Assembly: GCA_963819175.1 (NCBI GenBank)
Contig: CAWFVJ010000021.1
Location: 129,632 to 193,631, forward strand
Length of the DNA stretch: 64,000 nucleotides
Reading direction: 5' to 3'
DNA from: an uncultured Acidobacteriota bacterium
GTDB taxonomy: Bacteria; Acidobacteriota; Terriglobia; Terriglobales; Acidobacteriaceae
Below, piece by piece: positions 36,649 to 47,500 of this stretch. The translations under genes were made by a program, and so were the position numbers. Below the pieces are notes generated by a model, which ran no database searches, was not told where the DNA came from, and saw only the letters and a program-made list of their open reading frames with translations. How positions within the stretch are numbered: the stretch's first letter is position 1; each line of letters starts with the position of its first letter.

Positions 36649-38046
36649 TCATGCAGCCCGACGACGCCTTGTGCGCCAACCCTGTTCAATCTCTTCCAGG
36701 GTGCGGCCTTTGGTTTCCGGAACCATGTAATAGGAAAACAGAAAAGCGGCAATCGACAGCACACCGTAGAGCCAAAACGTCCAACTGGGACCAACCGCCT
36801 GCACCAGGCTCAGAAACGTAATGGAAACCACCAGGTTGAAGATCCAGTTACTGCCGGCAGCCGTGCCCTCGGCCAATCCACGGATTCGCAGCGGATAGAT
36901 TTCCGCGATGAGCAGCCAGAAGATAGGTCCAAGGCTAATCGCAAAAAAGGCAACATAGGCCATCAGGGTAATCACCGCCACCCAGGCGACGGTGCTGGTT
37001 TCGGCCTGCATGCGGAAGGCCGCGCCTAGAATTCCGAGGCAGACGGCCATTCCGGCAATTCCGACGAGCAGCAGCGGTCGTCGTCCCACGCGATCAATGA
37101 GCCACATGGCGACGATGGTCATGATCACGTTCACCAGGCCAATGACGGCGGTCGCCAGAATCGCGCCCGAGGCGGAGGAAATGCCCGCCGTCAGGACGAT
37201 CGTGGGAGCGTAGTAGATAACCGTGTTGATGCCGGTGATTTGCTGAAAAATTGCCAGCCCAATTCCAACCACGAGCGCCGGGCGCACCGTGGGAGAAAGC
37301 AGATCCGCCCAGCGGCCGCGCTCTTCCGACTGCTCCAGGCTGCCGACGATCTCCTGGAGCTCCGCGTCAACGTTATCGGTTCCGCGTATCCGCACCAGAA
37401 CCGCGCGAGCGGCCTCGGGGTGCAGGTACTTTGCGAGCCAACGAGGGCTCTCCGGCAGCACCAGCATCCCCACGCCCAGGATGATGCCGGGGACGACGGC
37501 CAATCCCAGCATCCAGCGCCAAGCCTCGCTTTTCGCGTAAGCGAAATCGACCAGGTAAGCGCCGAGAATGCCGATGGTGATCGCCAACTGAAACAGTGAA
37601 ACCTGCCAGCCGCGCGCTTCCGGGGGAGCGACTTCCGAAATGTAGACGGGGACGGTGGTGCAAGCCAGTCCGATGCCTAACCCTACGATGACGCGGCCAA
37701 CGACGAGCGCCGCAATCGACGTGGCGGCCGCGCACAGAATTGCCCCTGCGATAAAGACGATGGAGGTTGCGAGCAACGTCAACCGGCGCCCAAAGCGGTC
37801 CGACAGGCCGCCCCCGGTGAGTGCCCCGACGATCGCTCCCGCCAGCACAATGCTGACGATCAATTCCTGCTCGAAGGTCGAGAGCGCAAATTCCTTCTTG
37901 ATGAAGATAAGCGCCCCGGAGATCACGCCCGTGTCGTAACCGAAAAGCAAGCCGCCCAGAGCTGCGAAGGCAGCGGCCAAGTAGACGAACCGCGCACCTT
38001 TGCCTTGCGCGCCTGCGACATGGATCTTCGAGCCATTTATCGTCAC
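36649..38046 (-). CDS. MFS sugar porter (sugar:H+ symporter)
   Basis: LFGYDTGVISGAL, GRR, PESPRWL, and 12-TM layout. Confidence 0.92.
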   Translation of the reverse strand: MTINGSKIHVAGAQGKGARFVYLAAAFAALGGLLFGYDTGVISGALIFIKKEFALSTFEQELIVSIVLAGAIVGALTGGGLSDRFGRRLTLLATSIVFIAGAILCAAATSIAALVVGRVIVGLGIGLACTTVPVYISEVAPPEARGWQVSLFQLAITIGILGAYLVDFAYAKSEAWRWMLGLAVVPGIILGVGMLVLPESPRWLAKYLHPEAARAVLVRIRGTDNVDAELQEIVGSLEQSEERGRWADLLSPTVRPALVVGIGLAIFQQITGINTVIYYAPTIVLTAGISSASGAILATAVIGLVNVIMTIVAMWLIDRVGRRPLLLVGIAGMAVCLGILGAAFRMQAETSTVAWVAVITLMAYVAFFAISLGPIFWLLIAEIYPLRIRGLAEGTAAGSNWIFNLVVSITFLSLVQAVGPSWTFWLYGVLSIAAFLFSYYMVPETKGRTLEEIEQGWRTRRRRAA

Positions 38047-38083
38047 AATCTGCTCCTGTCTATCCTTAGGCTGCCGTTTTCTG

Positions 38084-40381
38084 CTAGGGCTTTGGTGTGC
38101 CGATGGTGAAATGTGCCATCTGTCCCTGCGTCGAGTTCGGGCCTATCCAGACCGATACCTCCGCCGGTTCCACCGTGTATTGCATATCGATATTCCAGAA
38201 GGCGAGTTCGTCGCGGCCCAATCGAAACTCGACGCTCTGCGCTTCACCGGGGGCAAGCACCAGGGTTCGAAAGCCCTTCAGCTCCTTAATCGGACGCGCT
38301 ACGCTCGTCCCGCGCTGCCCGATGTAGAGCTGAACGATTTCCCGGCCCACTCGCGTTCCCGCGTTCGTGACCGTGGTGGAAACCGTGACGTAACCCGTGC
38401 CGCTGTTCAAGGCGCGAGCTGAGGCCGTGGTCTCGCTCAGCTTCAGAGGAGAGTAGGTGAACTGCGTGTAGGAGAGGCCGAAACCGAACGGGAACAACGG
38501 CGTGTTTTGCTCGTCAATGTAGCGCGAGACGTATTTTTCCGCCGAGTTTGCAGGCGGATGAGTGAGGTCCACACCATCCGCCGGACGGCCTGTGTTGAGT
38601 TCGTTGTAGTAGAGAGGCTCTTGCCCCACGCTGCGCGGCATGGAAACCGTCAGCTTGCCGCTGAAATTGACATCGCCGAAGAGCGTCCTCACCAAGGCAG
38701 GTCCGGCCTGCACGCCCGGATACCACGCTTGAACCATCGCGGGCACATGCGCGGCGGCCCAAGTCAACGCCAATGGACGCCCACTGAAAATAATCAGCAG
38801 CACCGGCTTGCCCGTGGCAGCGATTCGTTCCAGCAACTGCTCCTGATTGCCGGGCAGGTCGAGATGAGCGCGTGAAGCAGCCTCGGCCGTCATCGATGGC
38901 GCATCCTCGCCCAGCGCCGCAATCACCAGATCAGCCTGGTTTGCGGCTTCCACCGCTGCTTCGAATCCGGCATCGCTGGCGGTATTGATTTCAGTGCCCT
39001 TCGCGTACAGCAGCTTTCCTCCGGATTGAAGCATGCGCTGTTCAAGCGCGGATTTGAGCGTGACCGCATCTTTCGCTTCGCCCTTGCCGGGCCACGATCC
39101 AAGCATGTTTGAGGCATCGTCGGCGAGCGGGCCGATGAGGGCAACGGTTCTTACCTTGGGGGAGAGCGGCAGCAAAGGAGAGCCGCCGACTTTCTCGTTC
39201 TTCAGCAGCACGAGGGAACGCTCCGCGATGGTGCGCGCCAGTTCCAGATGCGCGGGATCAAGCTTCGTAGGGGCTCCCGCGCCAATTTCCGGCGTATAGG
39301 GATGATCGAACAAGCCCAAGGCAAACTTTACCCGGAGCACACGGCGCACTGCCTCATCCAACACCGATTCGGGCACGGCTCCGCTGCGCACGAGGTCGCT
39401 CAAGTGCCGTTGAAACAAGCCGCTTTCCATGTCCACGTCAAGACCGGCGAGGATCGCTTTCCGGGCGGCGGTCGCGCCATCCAGGGCGACGCCATGAGCA
39501 ATCAATTCAGCGACTGCCTGCCAGTCACTCACGACCAGTCCCTGAAATTTCCATTCTCCTCGCAAAATTCTGGTCAACGTCATCGGATTGGCGGTGGCGG
39601 GGACTTCATTCAGCGTGTTGAATGCGCTCATGATGCTCGCCGCGCCCGCCTTCACTGCGGACTCAAACGGCGGAAGGTAGATTTGGCGAAGCGTGCGCTC
39701 CGACATATCCGCCGCGTTGTAATCGCGGCCCGCTTCGGCTGCTCCGTATCCGGCATAGTGCTTGGCGCAGGCCGCCAGTGAATCGGCATTCGCCAGATTC
39801 GCACCCTGGTATCCGCGCACATAAGCCGCCGCCATCGCGGAGCCCAGGTATGGGTCTTCGCCGGCGCCTTCCACGATGCGTCCCCAACGGGCATCGCGTG
39901 CGATGTCGACCATGGGCGAGAATGTCCAGCGAATGCCCTCCGCCGTCGCCTCCTTGGCGGCGACCCTGGCGGCCTGCTCGACAAGTTGCGGGTCCCAGGT
40001 TGACGCCATGCCCAGCGGAACTGGAAACACTGTCCTGTAGCCATGAATGACGTCAATCCCGAACAGCAGCGGAATCCGGAGGCGCGATTGCTCGACCGCA
40101 ATTCGCTGCAGCGCATTGGTTTCGGCGGCGCCCGTCAGATTCCCGAACGAGCCGATCTGCCCCTTTGCGATCTGCTCGCGATAGTCGGCGCGCCCAGTGC
40201 CCGGTCCAGTCGGAACTCCCGCTGAGTACAGGACTAGCTGGCCCACCTTCTCGTCCACCGTCATTCGCTGAAGCAAGGCATCGATGCGGTGCTCGATTTC
40301 AGGGCTCCCGAACTTGCTCTGCGCGAAAGCCGAACCAGCAATCAACGCCAGAACGCCAAGGACTGCGAGGGTTCGTCGCAT
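38084..40381 (-). CDS. GH3 beta-glucosidase (BglX-like), secreted
   Basis: Signal peptide MRRTLAVLGVLALIAGSAFAQ, then GIDVIHG, GEDPYLG, KHYAGYG, VVSDW motifs and a C-terminal Fn3-like domain. Start trimmed to ATG 40381. Confidence 0.92.
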   Translation of the reverse strand: MRRTLAVLGVLALIAGSAFAQSKFGSPEIEHRIDALLQRMTVDEKVGQLVLYSAGVPTGPGTGRADYREQIAKGQIGSFGNLTGAAETNALQRIAVEQSRLRIPLLFGIDVIHGYRTVFPVPLGMASTWDPQLVEQAARVAAKEATAEGIRWTFSPMVDIARDARWGRIVEGAGEDPYLGSAMAAAYVRGYQGANLANADSLAACAKHYAGYGAAEAGRDYNAADMSERTLRQIYLPPFESAVKAGAASIMSAFNTLNEVPATANPMTLTRILRGEWKFQGLVVSDWQAVAELIAHGVALDGATAARKAILAGLDVDMESGLFQRHLSDLVRSGAVPESVLDEAVRRVLRVKFALGLFDHPYTPEIGAGAPTKLDPAHLELARTIAERSLVLLKNEKVGGSPLLPLSPKVRTVALIGPLADDASNMLGSWPGKGEAKDAVTLKSALEQRMLQSGGKLLYAKGTEINTASDAGFEAAVEAANQADLVIAALGEDAPSMTAEAASRAHLDLPGNQEQLLERIAATGKPVLLIIFSGRPLALTWAAAHVPAMVQAWYPGVQAGPALVRTLFGDVNFSGKLTVSMPRSVGQEPLYYNELNTGRPADGVDLTHPPANSAEKYVSRYIDEQNTPLFPFGFGLSYTQFTYSPLKLSETTASARALNSGTGYVTVSTTVTNAGTRVGREIVQLYIGQRGTSVARPIKELKGFRTLVLAPGEAQSVEFRLGRDELAFWNIDMQYTVEPAEVSVWIGPNSTQGQMAHFTIGTPKP

Positions 40382-40445
40382 GAAGTTTCGCAAGAGGTTT
40401 GATGCTGGCGCGGGCTTCGCGCCACACCATGCAACACTGGAGCTT

Positions 40446-40560
40446 GTTTCATAAATCCATTTCAGGCAAAGCGTGCGTCCCTCGGGGGCTAAAGCCCCAT
40501 TTTTTCTGACTCGGGACGGCATGGCTAAAGCCATGCCCCTTCAAGACCCATTTATGAAAC
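40446..40560. repeat. palindromic intergenic element with two GGCTAAAGCC hairpins
   Basis: Outer arms GTTTCATAAAT / ATTTATGAAAC; inner GGGGGCTAAAGCCCC and GGCATGGCTAAAGCCATGCC. Confidence 0.8.
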
Positions 40561-40622
40561 ACGCTCTCTTATGAACACGCACTGATGTCGGATTCCGGAA
40601 GCGGGGGTAAGGATGCCGCGAA

Positions 40623-41966
40623 TTACGAGTGCATGGCTGGCGAGCCCTGCATCGAGTAGAGAGTTGCCGGCGCGCGCAAAGGGCCAAACCCGGCCTTTAA
40701 CATGGCTGTCTGCATTTCAGGATTGCGCATGAAGGTGCGCCAGACGAATTCGCTGCGCGCATTCTCGGCCATCAACATACTGATGCCCACATCGATTCCG
40801 ACTACCTCGTGATCGACCCAGCCAGTCATCGGATTGAAGGCATCGACAAATCCATAGCGCTTCCAGATTTGCTTTCCGTAGCGTTGGCGAAGATTGCGCA
40901 GCACCATCATCGAGTCTGCGAAGAGGAACGGCAGAGACCCTGAGGCCGCAGCGGGAACAATGCTCCCATCGACCGGCCCTTGCAACGGCGGACCGCCCCA
41001 GGCGACATATCCCTTAACTGAATCCGACGCCGTGATCCCCCAGAGCTCCGGAGAATAGCTGGGAAAACGCGCGCTGAGCGCCTGGCAGAACTGCCGGTGC
41101 GCTTGCGAGGCGACTACCGAGTTCGCAAAGTAATCGGCGTATTCATCCTGTTTTCCGCGGAAATCGAACCACGCATGCGAGTACTGGTGGACAAACAGCG
41201 GCGCCGGCGTGGAGATGAATTGATAATCCCCGTAGACAATCTTCGGCCTGCGCACGGCGTGCCAGCATGCGGCCGGAATCGGATGCGTCGGCGATCCGAT
41301 GGCCAACAGATAGAGCATCATGGATTCGCAATACGCATCCCATCGCAACGGGCTGAAACCAAATTCCGGCTTCCATTCGAGGGCAAACGTGTCGCCGTTG
41401 TGTAGTGCCCACGGCCACTCGACGCGGCGATAAATCCGCGCCGCAGCCCGGCGAATTGCCGCATCGTGGAAATACTCGCGGCAGGTCAACACCCCGCACA
41501 ACAGAATCGACATATCGATAGGCGACAGCTCCGATTTTGCGAAACGTCTCCCGTTGCGCATGTCGACATAGTGGTAGAGAAAGCCATGAACGTGCGGGGC
41601 GCGCTCGAGGAAGTGCAGCGTCTGCCGAACCCGTGCTGTAATTTCGGCGCGCGGCCTGTAGCCGCGTTGGTGAGCGATGCACAGAGCAGTGAGCCCGAAG
41701 CCGGTGGCCGCAATGCTGCTCATACGGCTGTTGCTGCCGCCGTCTGCTTCGGCCCGGTCGCGAACCAGGCCCGTGTGCGGGTCGGCTTCGTTCCAGAAGA
41801 ATTCGAAAGAAGCGCGCTCCATCTGGTCCAACAGCTCGGAGTTGGTGCTCGTCGCCGCTGACGCCTTTGACAGCAATACATCGGTTGCGATCCCGCCGCC
41901 GGTAAAGCGCAAGATAGTGGAACCGATCATCAGTGTGCGCATGAAATCGCGTCTGTTCAAAAGCAT
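40623..41966 (-). CDS. glucoamylase-family / GH144-like endo-beta-1,2-glucanase, Tat-exported
   Basis: Twin-arginine signal NRRDFMRTLM. FEFFWNEADPHTGLVRDR, IAATGFGLTAL, LFVHQYSHAWFDFRG and YGFVDAFN match my memory of PF10091/GH144 proteins. Confidence 0.8.
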   Translation of the reverse strand: MLLNRRDFMRTLMIGSTILRFTGGGIATDVLLSKASAATSTNSELLDQMERASFEFFWNEADPHTGLVRDRAEADGGSNSRMSSIAATGFGLTALCIAHQRGYRPRAEITARVRQTLHFLERAPHVHGFLYHYVDMRNGRRFAKSELSPIDMSILLCGVLTCREYFHDAAIRRAAARIYRRVEWPWALHNGDTFALEWKPEFGFSPLRWDAYCESMMLYLLAIGSPTHPIPAACWHAVRRPKIVYGDYQFISTPAPLFVHQYSHAWFDFRGKQDEYADYFANSVVASQAHRQFCQALSARFPSYSPELWGITASDSVKGYVAWGGPPLQGPVDGSIVPAAASGSLPFLFADSMMVLRNLRQRYGKQIWKRYGFVDAFNPMTGWVDHEVVGIDVGISMLMAENARSEFVWRTFMRNPEMQTAMLKAGFGPLRAPATLYSMQGSPAMHS

Positions 41967-42107
41967 CGTAGGGGCGTAGCAACCTGAAAACTGTTTGCGA
42001 GTGTTCAGTGTGCCTCGCCGGCTGCGATTTTGGGTTAAGGTGAATCTCCAAGAATGGTCGGCTAAAGAATCGGTCTTAGGCGCTGGGAGGGCTAAGGTTT
42101 GCCGTCG

Positions 42108-43092
42108 TCAAAAACGGTAGCCGGGTTTGAGTTCGCAGCGGTAGGTTCTGCTTTCGTGCTCAACTCCGAGGGCGCAATCGGCCCAGCTCAAGCAAAGGCT
42201 CGGGCCAAGCGGAAAAACCACGCGCTCGCCGCCGATCTCTGCCTCGATGCTCGGCCCCTCGGCCTCGGGGGGAAGACTGAAGTTGAGCGTTCGTCCAAAG
42301 ACAATCGGGTACGAAGTGCGCACCAGGTCGGCGACCCAGGGGTGAAAGACTTCGGCTTCAATAAGGAAGGTAGCGGTATCCGACCAGTTGAGGGCCGACA
42401 CTTTCACCATCCGTCCGCCTCGAGAAAGTTGACTGGGCTCGATCCTGGTGAACGGACAGGGGCCTGCGATGCAGGAGACTCTCACGTTGCGGAATTCGTT
42501 TCCTTCGCCGGCATCGAGCGATCCGGAACCGATTGCCGCCTTCCATCTCCCATCCGGCGAGCAAGGAGATTTTTGATCGCAAGGCACGTTGCCGGTGTTG
42601 ATCACCTGGAAGGCCTTTACCGCGCTGCCGACTTCGGCTGCCGTAGTGGTCTTGACGGCGTACCTGACCGAGATATTGGCGACGAGCGTTTCGGGATGAT
42701 GAACTTCCGCGTGGGAAGCTTGCGGCGAAACTGGAACCATGCGGGCGATGTAAAGGCTATTCCCGGCAGCTTCGCTAAGTTGCAGCGGCTCGTAACCGGA
42801 ATGCCGAAACGTCAGCGTTAGAGGCTCTCCAGCTCGAATTCCTCTCGGAAGCGTGACCCGAAAGAAGCCCGTCGCGTCCGACCTGCCCGCGTACGATGCC
42901 AATCCGTCTAGCAACCGTCACGTCGACATCGGCAATGGGCTGCTCCTTGTTCGGGTCAGCATTCCGCTTGATCACCGCGCCTTGCAGGACCATTGGCCGC
43001 AGTTTGAAGGAGCGCACAAGGGCCAGCGCCAGAATCGTCGCGAGGGCTGCCACAACAGCAGCGAGAATCGCGGTCTTCCGCCTCACCCTCAT
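42108..43092 (-). pseudogene. membrane-anchored protein with carboxypeptidase-regulatory-like N-domain, one frame break near 42915
   Basis: Anchor MRVRRKTAILAAVVAALATILALALV and ..IADVDVTVA (ORF 42775..43092) continue in another frame as LDGLASYAGRSDATGFFRVTLPRG.. (ORF 42108..42914, TTG pseudo-start). Confidence 0.6.
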
Positions 43093-43228
43093 AACCTTCG
43101 AACGACTTTATGCAGCGGCTCCGGAGTTGGTGAACTCAAGCGATCAACGCCAGACCTAACTGATGATGCGTGATCGTGCTCTCCTGTTTGGCTCATCCCG
43201 TTCCCGACTTTTGTCATCCCATTAGCAG

Positions 43229-44582
43229 ATGCAGAAAGAAGAAACTGCGAGCTTCAGCCGGATTTCGCGCCGGGTGTTTCTGAGTCATCTCGTTAGACTC
43301 GGGATTGCGATCCCGGTTGCCTGTGGCGTGCTGCCGGTTTTCGCGGCGCCGCAGACCGCGTGCCCGGCGCCTGCGCCCGTCCCGGGCCGCCTCGCCGCAG
43401 ATGATGCGCAACTGCTGGAAGAGATCGAGCATGCAAACTTTCTGTTTTTCTGGGAGCAGGCAAACCCGCAATCCGGATTGGTAAGAGATCGCTTCAACGT
43501 GCGCACGATGGGCGATGGAGTGGTTGGGAGCATTGCCGCGACCGGCTTCGGGCTGACCGCTCTCTGCATAGGGCAGCAGCGCGGCTACGTTTCCATGGCC
43601 GAGGCAAGTGGGCGTGTGCTCACGACGTTGCGCTTCATCTGGAGGAAGCTGCCCATTCATCGCGGCTTTTTCTTCCACTGGGCCAACGTGGAGACGGGTG
43701 AAAGAATTTGGGACTCGGAAATATCGTCGGTGGACACTGCGATTCTGCTCTGCGGAGTGCTCACCTGCCGGGAGCACTTTCGCCATCCGGAGATTCGCCG
43801 TCTGGCCAGCCAGATTCTCCGCCGCGTCGACTGGACATGGCTCTCCGAAGACACTTCGTTGCTGCCGCACGGATGGACTCCGGAAGTTGGCTTTCTGTCT
43901 TATCGATGGGACTACTATAGCGAGCTGATGATGATGTACCTGCTCGGCTTGGGATCTGCAATCCATCCCTTGCGGGTCGGAAACCTGGAAGGCGTGGAAG
44001 CGAACGACCTTCGAATACGATGGACTGCGATACATCGGTTCGTTCGCGCCTTTGTTCGTGCATCAATACTCCCAAGCCTGGTTCGATTTTCGCGGCAAGC
44101 GCGATCAATATGCCGATTACTTTCAGAATTCGATCGTCGCCACCGATGTCCATCGCCGCTTCTGCATCGAACTGGCAAAGCAGTTTCCCGACTACAGCGA
44201 TGACCTGTGGGGAATTACCGCGTCCGATTCGCAGAAAGGCTACGTCGTTTGGGGCGGCCCGCCACGGATGGGCCCGATCGACGGAACCGTCGTCCCCAGC
44301 GCGGCGGCAGGGTCGCTGCCGTTTCTGCCGGAGGCTACGATGCGCGTCCTGAGGACGATTCGAAACCGCTATGGAGCAGCCTGGAGCCGCTACGGATTCG
44401 TGAACGCCTTCAACCCGCTGAAGAATTGGTATGACACCGACGTGATCGGAATCGATACCGGAATCACCATGGTCATGGCTGAGAATGCGCGCACCGGTTT
44501 TGTCTGGGAAACATTCATGAAAAGTCCGGAGGCGCAACGCGGCATGCGGCGGGCAGGATTCAGACCCAACGCATCCACGTGA
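43229..44582 (+). pseudogene. second GH144-like glucanase, one frame break near 43967
   Basis: 43229 frame matches copy 1 up to LLGLGSAIHP. The +1 frame continues ETWKAWKRTTFEYDGLRYIGSFAPLFVHQYSQAWFDFRG... to 44582. Confidence 0.8.
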
Positions 44583-44587
44583 GGCGA

Positions 44588-47500
44588 TCAGCTTGCCTGA
44601 ACGATTTTCTTTTCTCCCCTGCCGCCGTTTCGAAACGATAGCGCCGGCCACCGCAGCAGTCGCGCCGAGCGTTGCTTCACGATGGGGCGCTCGTGCAAAA
44701 GCAACTCGGTCGCCTGCACCCGCGGATCGCCATGGAACCAGCGCTGCACAACGCCGTCCTCCAGCACGTTGGCAATGGACAGCAGACTCATACCCTCGTG
44801 GTGCGCCATCCATGACTTCACCAGTTCAAAGCGGCGCCAACGCGAACGTCCACGCACCGGGGTGAAGTCGGCAGCCTCATAGAAACCGTACGGGCCAAGC
44901 CAACCGCGCTTCATCATCCAGCGCAGATTGCCGAGAGCGGCCGCGGAATCGAATCCGACAGCCAGGATCGAGGCGTACGGCGCTACGACGAGAGTTTTGG
45001 AATCTTCCTTCTGCAACGCCAGCTGTGGAACCCCGAACGCGCGATATCCGTAATTGCCGCCGTCGTCGACGGAGCAATAAGCGGATTCGGAAATTCCCCA
45101 CGGAATTCCTTTTCGAAGCGCATACGACTGCTGTGCCCGAATAGCGCCCTCCGCGGAGCGTCTGAGCAGGGTGTCCGGATAAGAGCGCATCCAGATTGAA
45201 GGCATCAGGTACTCAAACATCGTCCCTGTCCAGGAGGCGAGAACAGGACGGCCTGCCGCTAAAACATAGCCGCGGCCAAGCAGGAACCAGATCTCTTGCG
45301 GAATGTCACCCTTCGCAATCGCGACGAACGTTGCAATGCGCGACTCGGAGGCGAGCAAGTCGTAGCACGCCTGGTGCAGCGTGTCGCTGTCAACTTCATA
45401 ACCTATCGAGAGGAGTTTGCGCCGCCGCTCAAGCAAGAAGCCGAAATCCATGCCTGAAAACCAGTTCCCGGCGTCCTCGGCAAGCGACTGCAATTCACCA
45501 ATAAGCCGGGTGGAATTTTCGCGTGCAGCATGCAAAAGCTGCGTTAGTTGCCGGCAGCAGCTCTGCATGTCGCTGGAGAGTGAATCGCCGGCGGCATTCT
45601 TCAAGGCGCGTGCTGAGAAGCTCGATTGCCGCCGGCAAGCGCGCCAAGGAAACCTCATGATGCGGTCCTTTCAGAAATGCGAACGCCGGATCGCGGTAAA
45701 GAGATTCGAACTGCGGCAACAGCCACGGCGTGTAGTCGGCGATCATCTCCCGATTGCGCTCCTCGCGGGCCGCGAGTTCGGTCTCGAACCAGGAAGGCGC
45801 TAGCTTTGCCGGTCGACCGCCTGACGCCGCCGGATAGGCTGGCGCGAGCAGGCGCTCCAGCCACGGCATTTTCTGACGCCGCCGGAGCGACCCTGAGCGT
45901 CTTGCGGGAACCCTGCCGCAATTCGTCCAGCACACCTATGTAATCGGCGTAGCCATCCACCAGCGTGGGCGACAGCAAAGGCTTGCCGAGCAATGCGGTA
46001 GTGCCGTTTTTCAAGGCTACGAGCGCCGACGCAAGGTTCCCGCTATCCACCGTGGAGACGAATCGCGGGGCCATCGGGGACAACGTTCTAGTGTCGTACC
46101 AATTCAGCAGATGCCCGCGATAGGTTTGCATGCGAGCCATCGTCTCGAGCGTCTTGAGGGTCTGCCACGCAAACTCCGGAACCGTAAGGTAGCCCATTTC
46201 GCAGGCGACCTGACGCGCATTCAAAAGGAACGCAAGATTGGTCGGAGATATTCGTGGCGCGATCTTCAACGGTTGCTCTTGCACGTTATCCGGCACCAGC
46301 CAGTTATGTTCCTCGGTGCTGAACTCGGCAAAATAACGCCATGTGCGCAGGGCAAGCCGGCGCAAAAACCGCCGATCGCTCCTGGAAGACATTTTGCGAA
46401 CAGAGCGAAACGGCCTGTCAAGCCACAGCGAGATCAGCTTGCTGCCCGCCCAAAGCAGCAGAATGGGTAGTGCCGCGGCCATGCCTGCCTGGGCGACGGA
46501 CAAAGTAGACAAGCACTCCTATCCCCAACGCGACCGCCGGCGTCCAGATCAGGTACCAATCGGCCGGAGTGCGCGTCTGTTTGCCCATCTCGGCTTCCTC
46601 CGCGGTTTCCCATTCCAGCATGCGCCGGCGTGAAACCATCCGGCGATAGAGCGTTCGCGCAATCGCGTCCACGGAAACCAATGCATTGTGCTGCAGGAAC
46701 GTAAGCGTCAGGACAACACTGACAAGCGCTGTTCCAAGCGCGGCCAGGGCATCTGCAATCCCGCTAAGGCTGGCGGAGAGCGCGGCCCGCATCACTGCGC
46801 ACGCGAATTGCACCCATGGCGGAACAAACAGAATGGCGAGCATGACGGCGGTCCAGTAGAGCGGATGCCCCGGAAGCGCCGTCCATCCCAAAACCAGAAA
46901 CACGAAGATCGCAATCTCGACCAGGCTCCTCCGCAGATTGTCGAGGATCTTCCAGCGCGATATGAACGAGATTGGGTTGCGGACGCGGTTGCCGCTCTCA
47001 TCGGGAACCCGTGGAAACAGCCACTCGACGATCTGCCAATCTCCCCGCAGCCAGCGATGTTTGCGCCTGATGTAGGCGCGGTAATGCGACGGATAATCGT
47101 CAATGACCTGGGCATCGTTGACGAATCCCGCGCGCGCATACGCGCCCTCGATCAAATCGTGACTCAGAAGAGCATTGCGCGGGAAACGATGGCTGAGAAC
47201 TTTGTGCAGCGTTCGAACTTCATAAAGACCCTTTCCGACGAAGGTGCCCTCGCCATACAAGTCCTGATAAACGTCAGAAACCGAACGCGTGTAAATATCG
47301 AAGCCCGTCTGCCCGGAATAGATCGATGCCAGCCGCGATTGAGCCGCACTCTGGACGCTCACTCCCACGCGCGGTTGAAGAATTCCAAAACCTTCGACGA
47401 CGATGTTGCGCTCGGGATCGACAATGGCCTGGCACAAAGGATGCGCGAGCGCGCCGATCAACTGGTGCGCTGTGCCGCGAGGCAGTTCTGTGTCCGAATC

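Noticed and set aside
36393-36730. ORFs 36393..36614 and 36428..36730 with FQISDFR repeats, and the idea that the 7-mer array is a CRISPR.
   Set aside because: The peptides are only translations of the microsatellite. A 7-nt unit with no spacers and no cas genes is not a CRISPR array.
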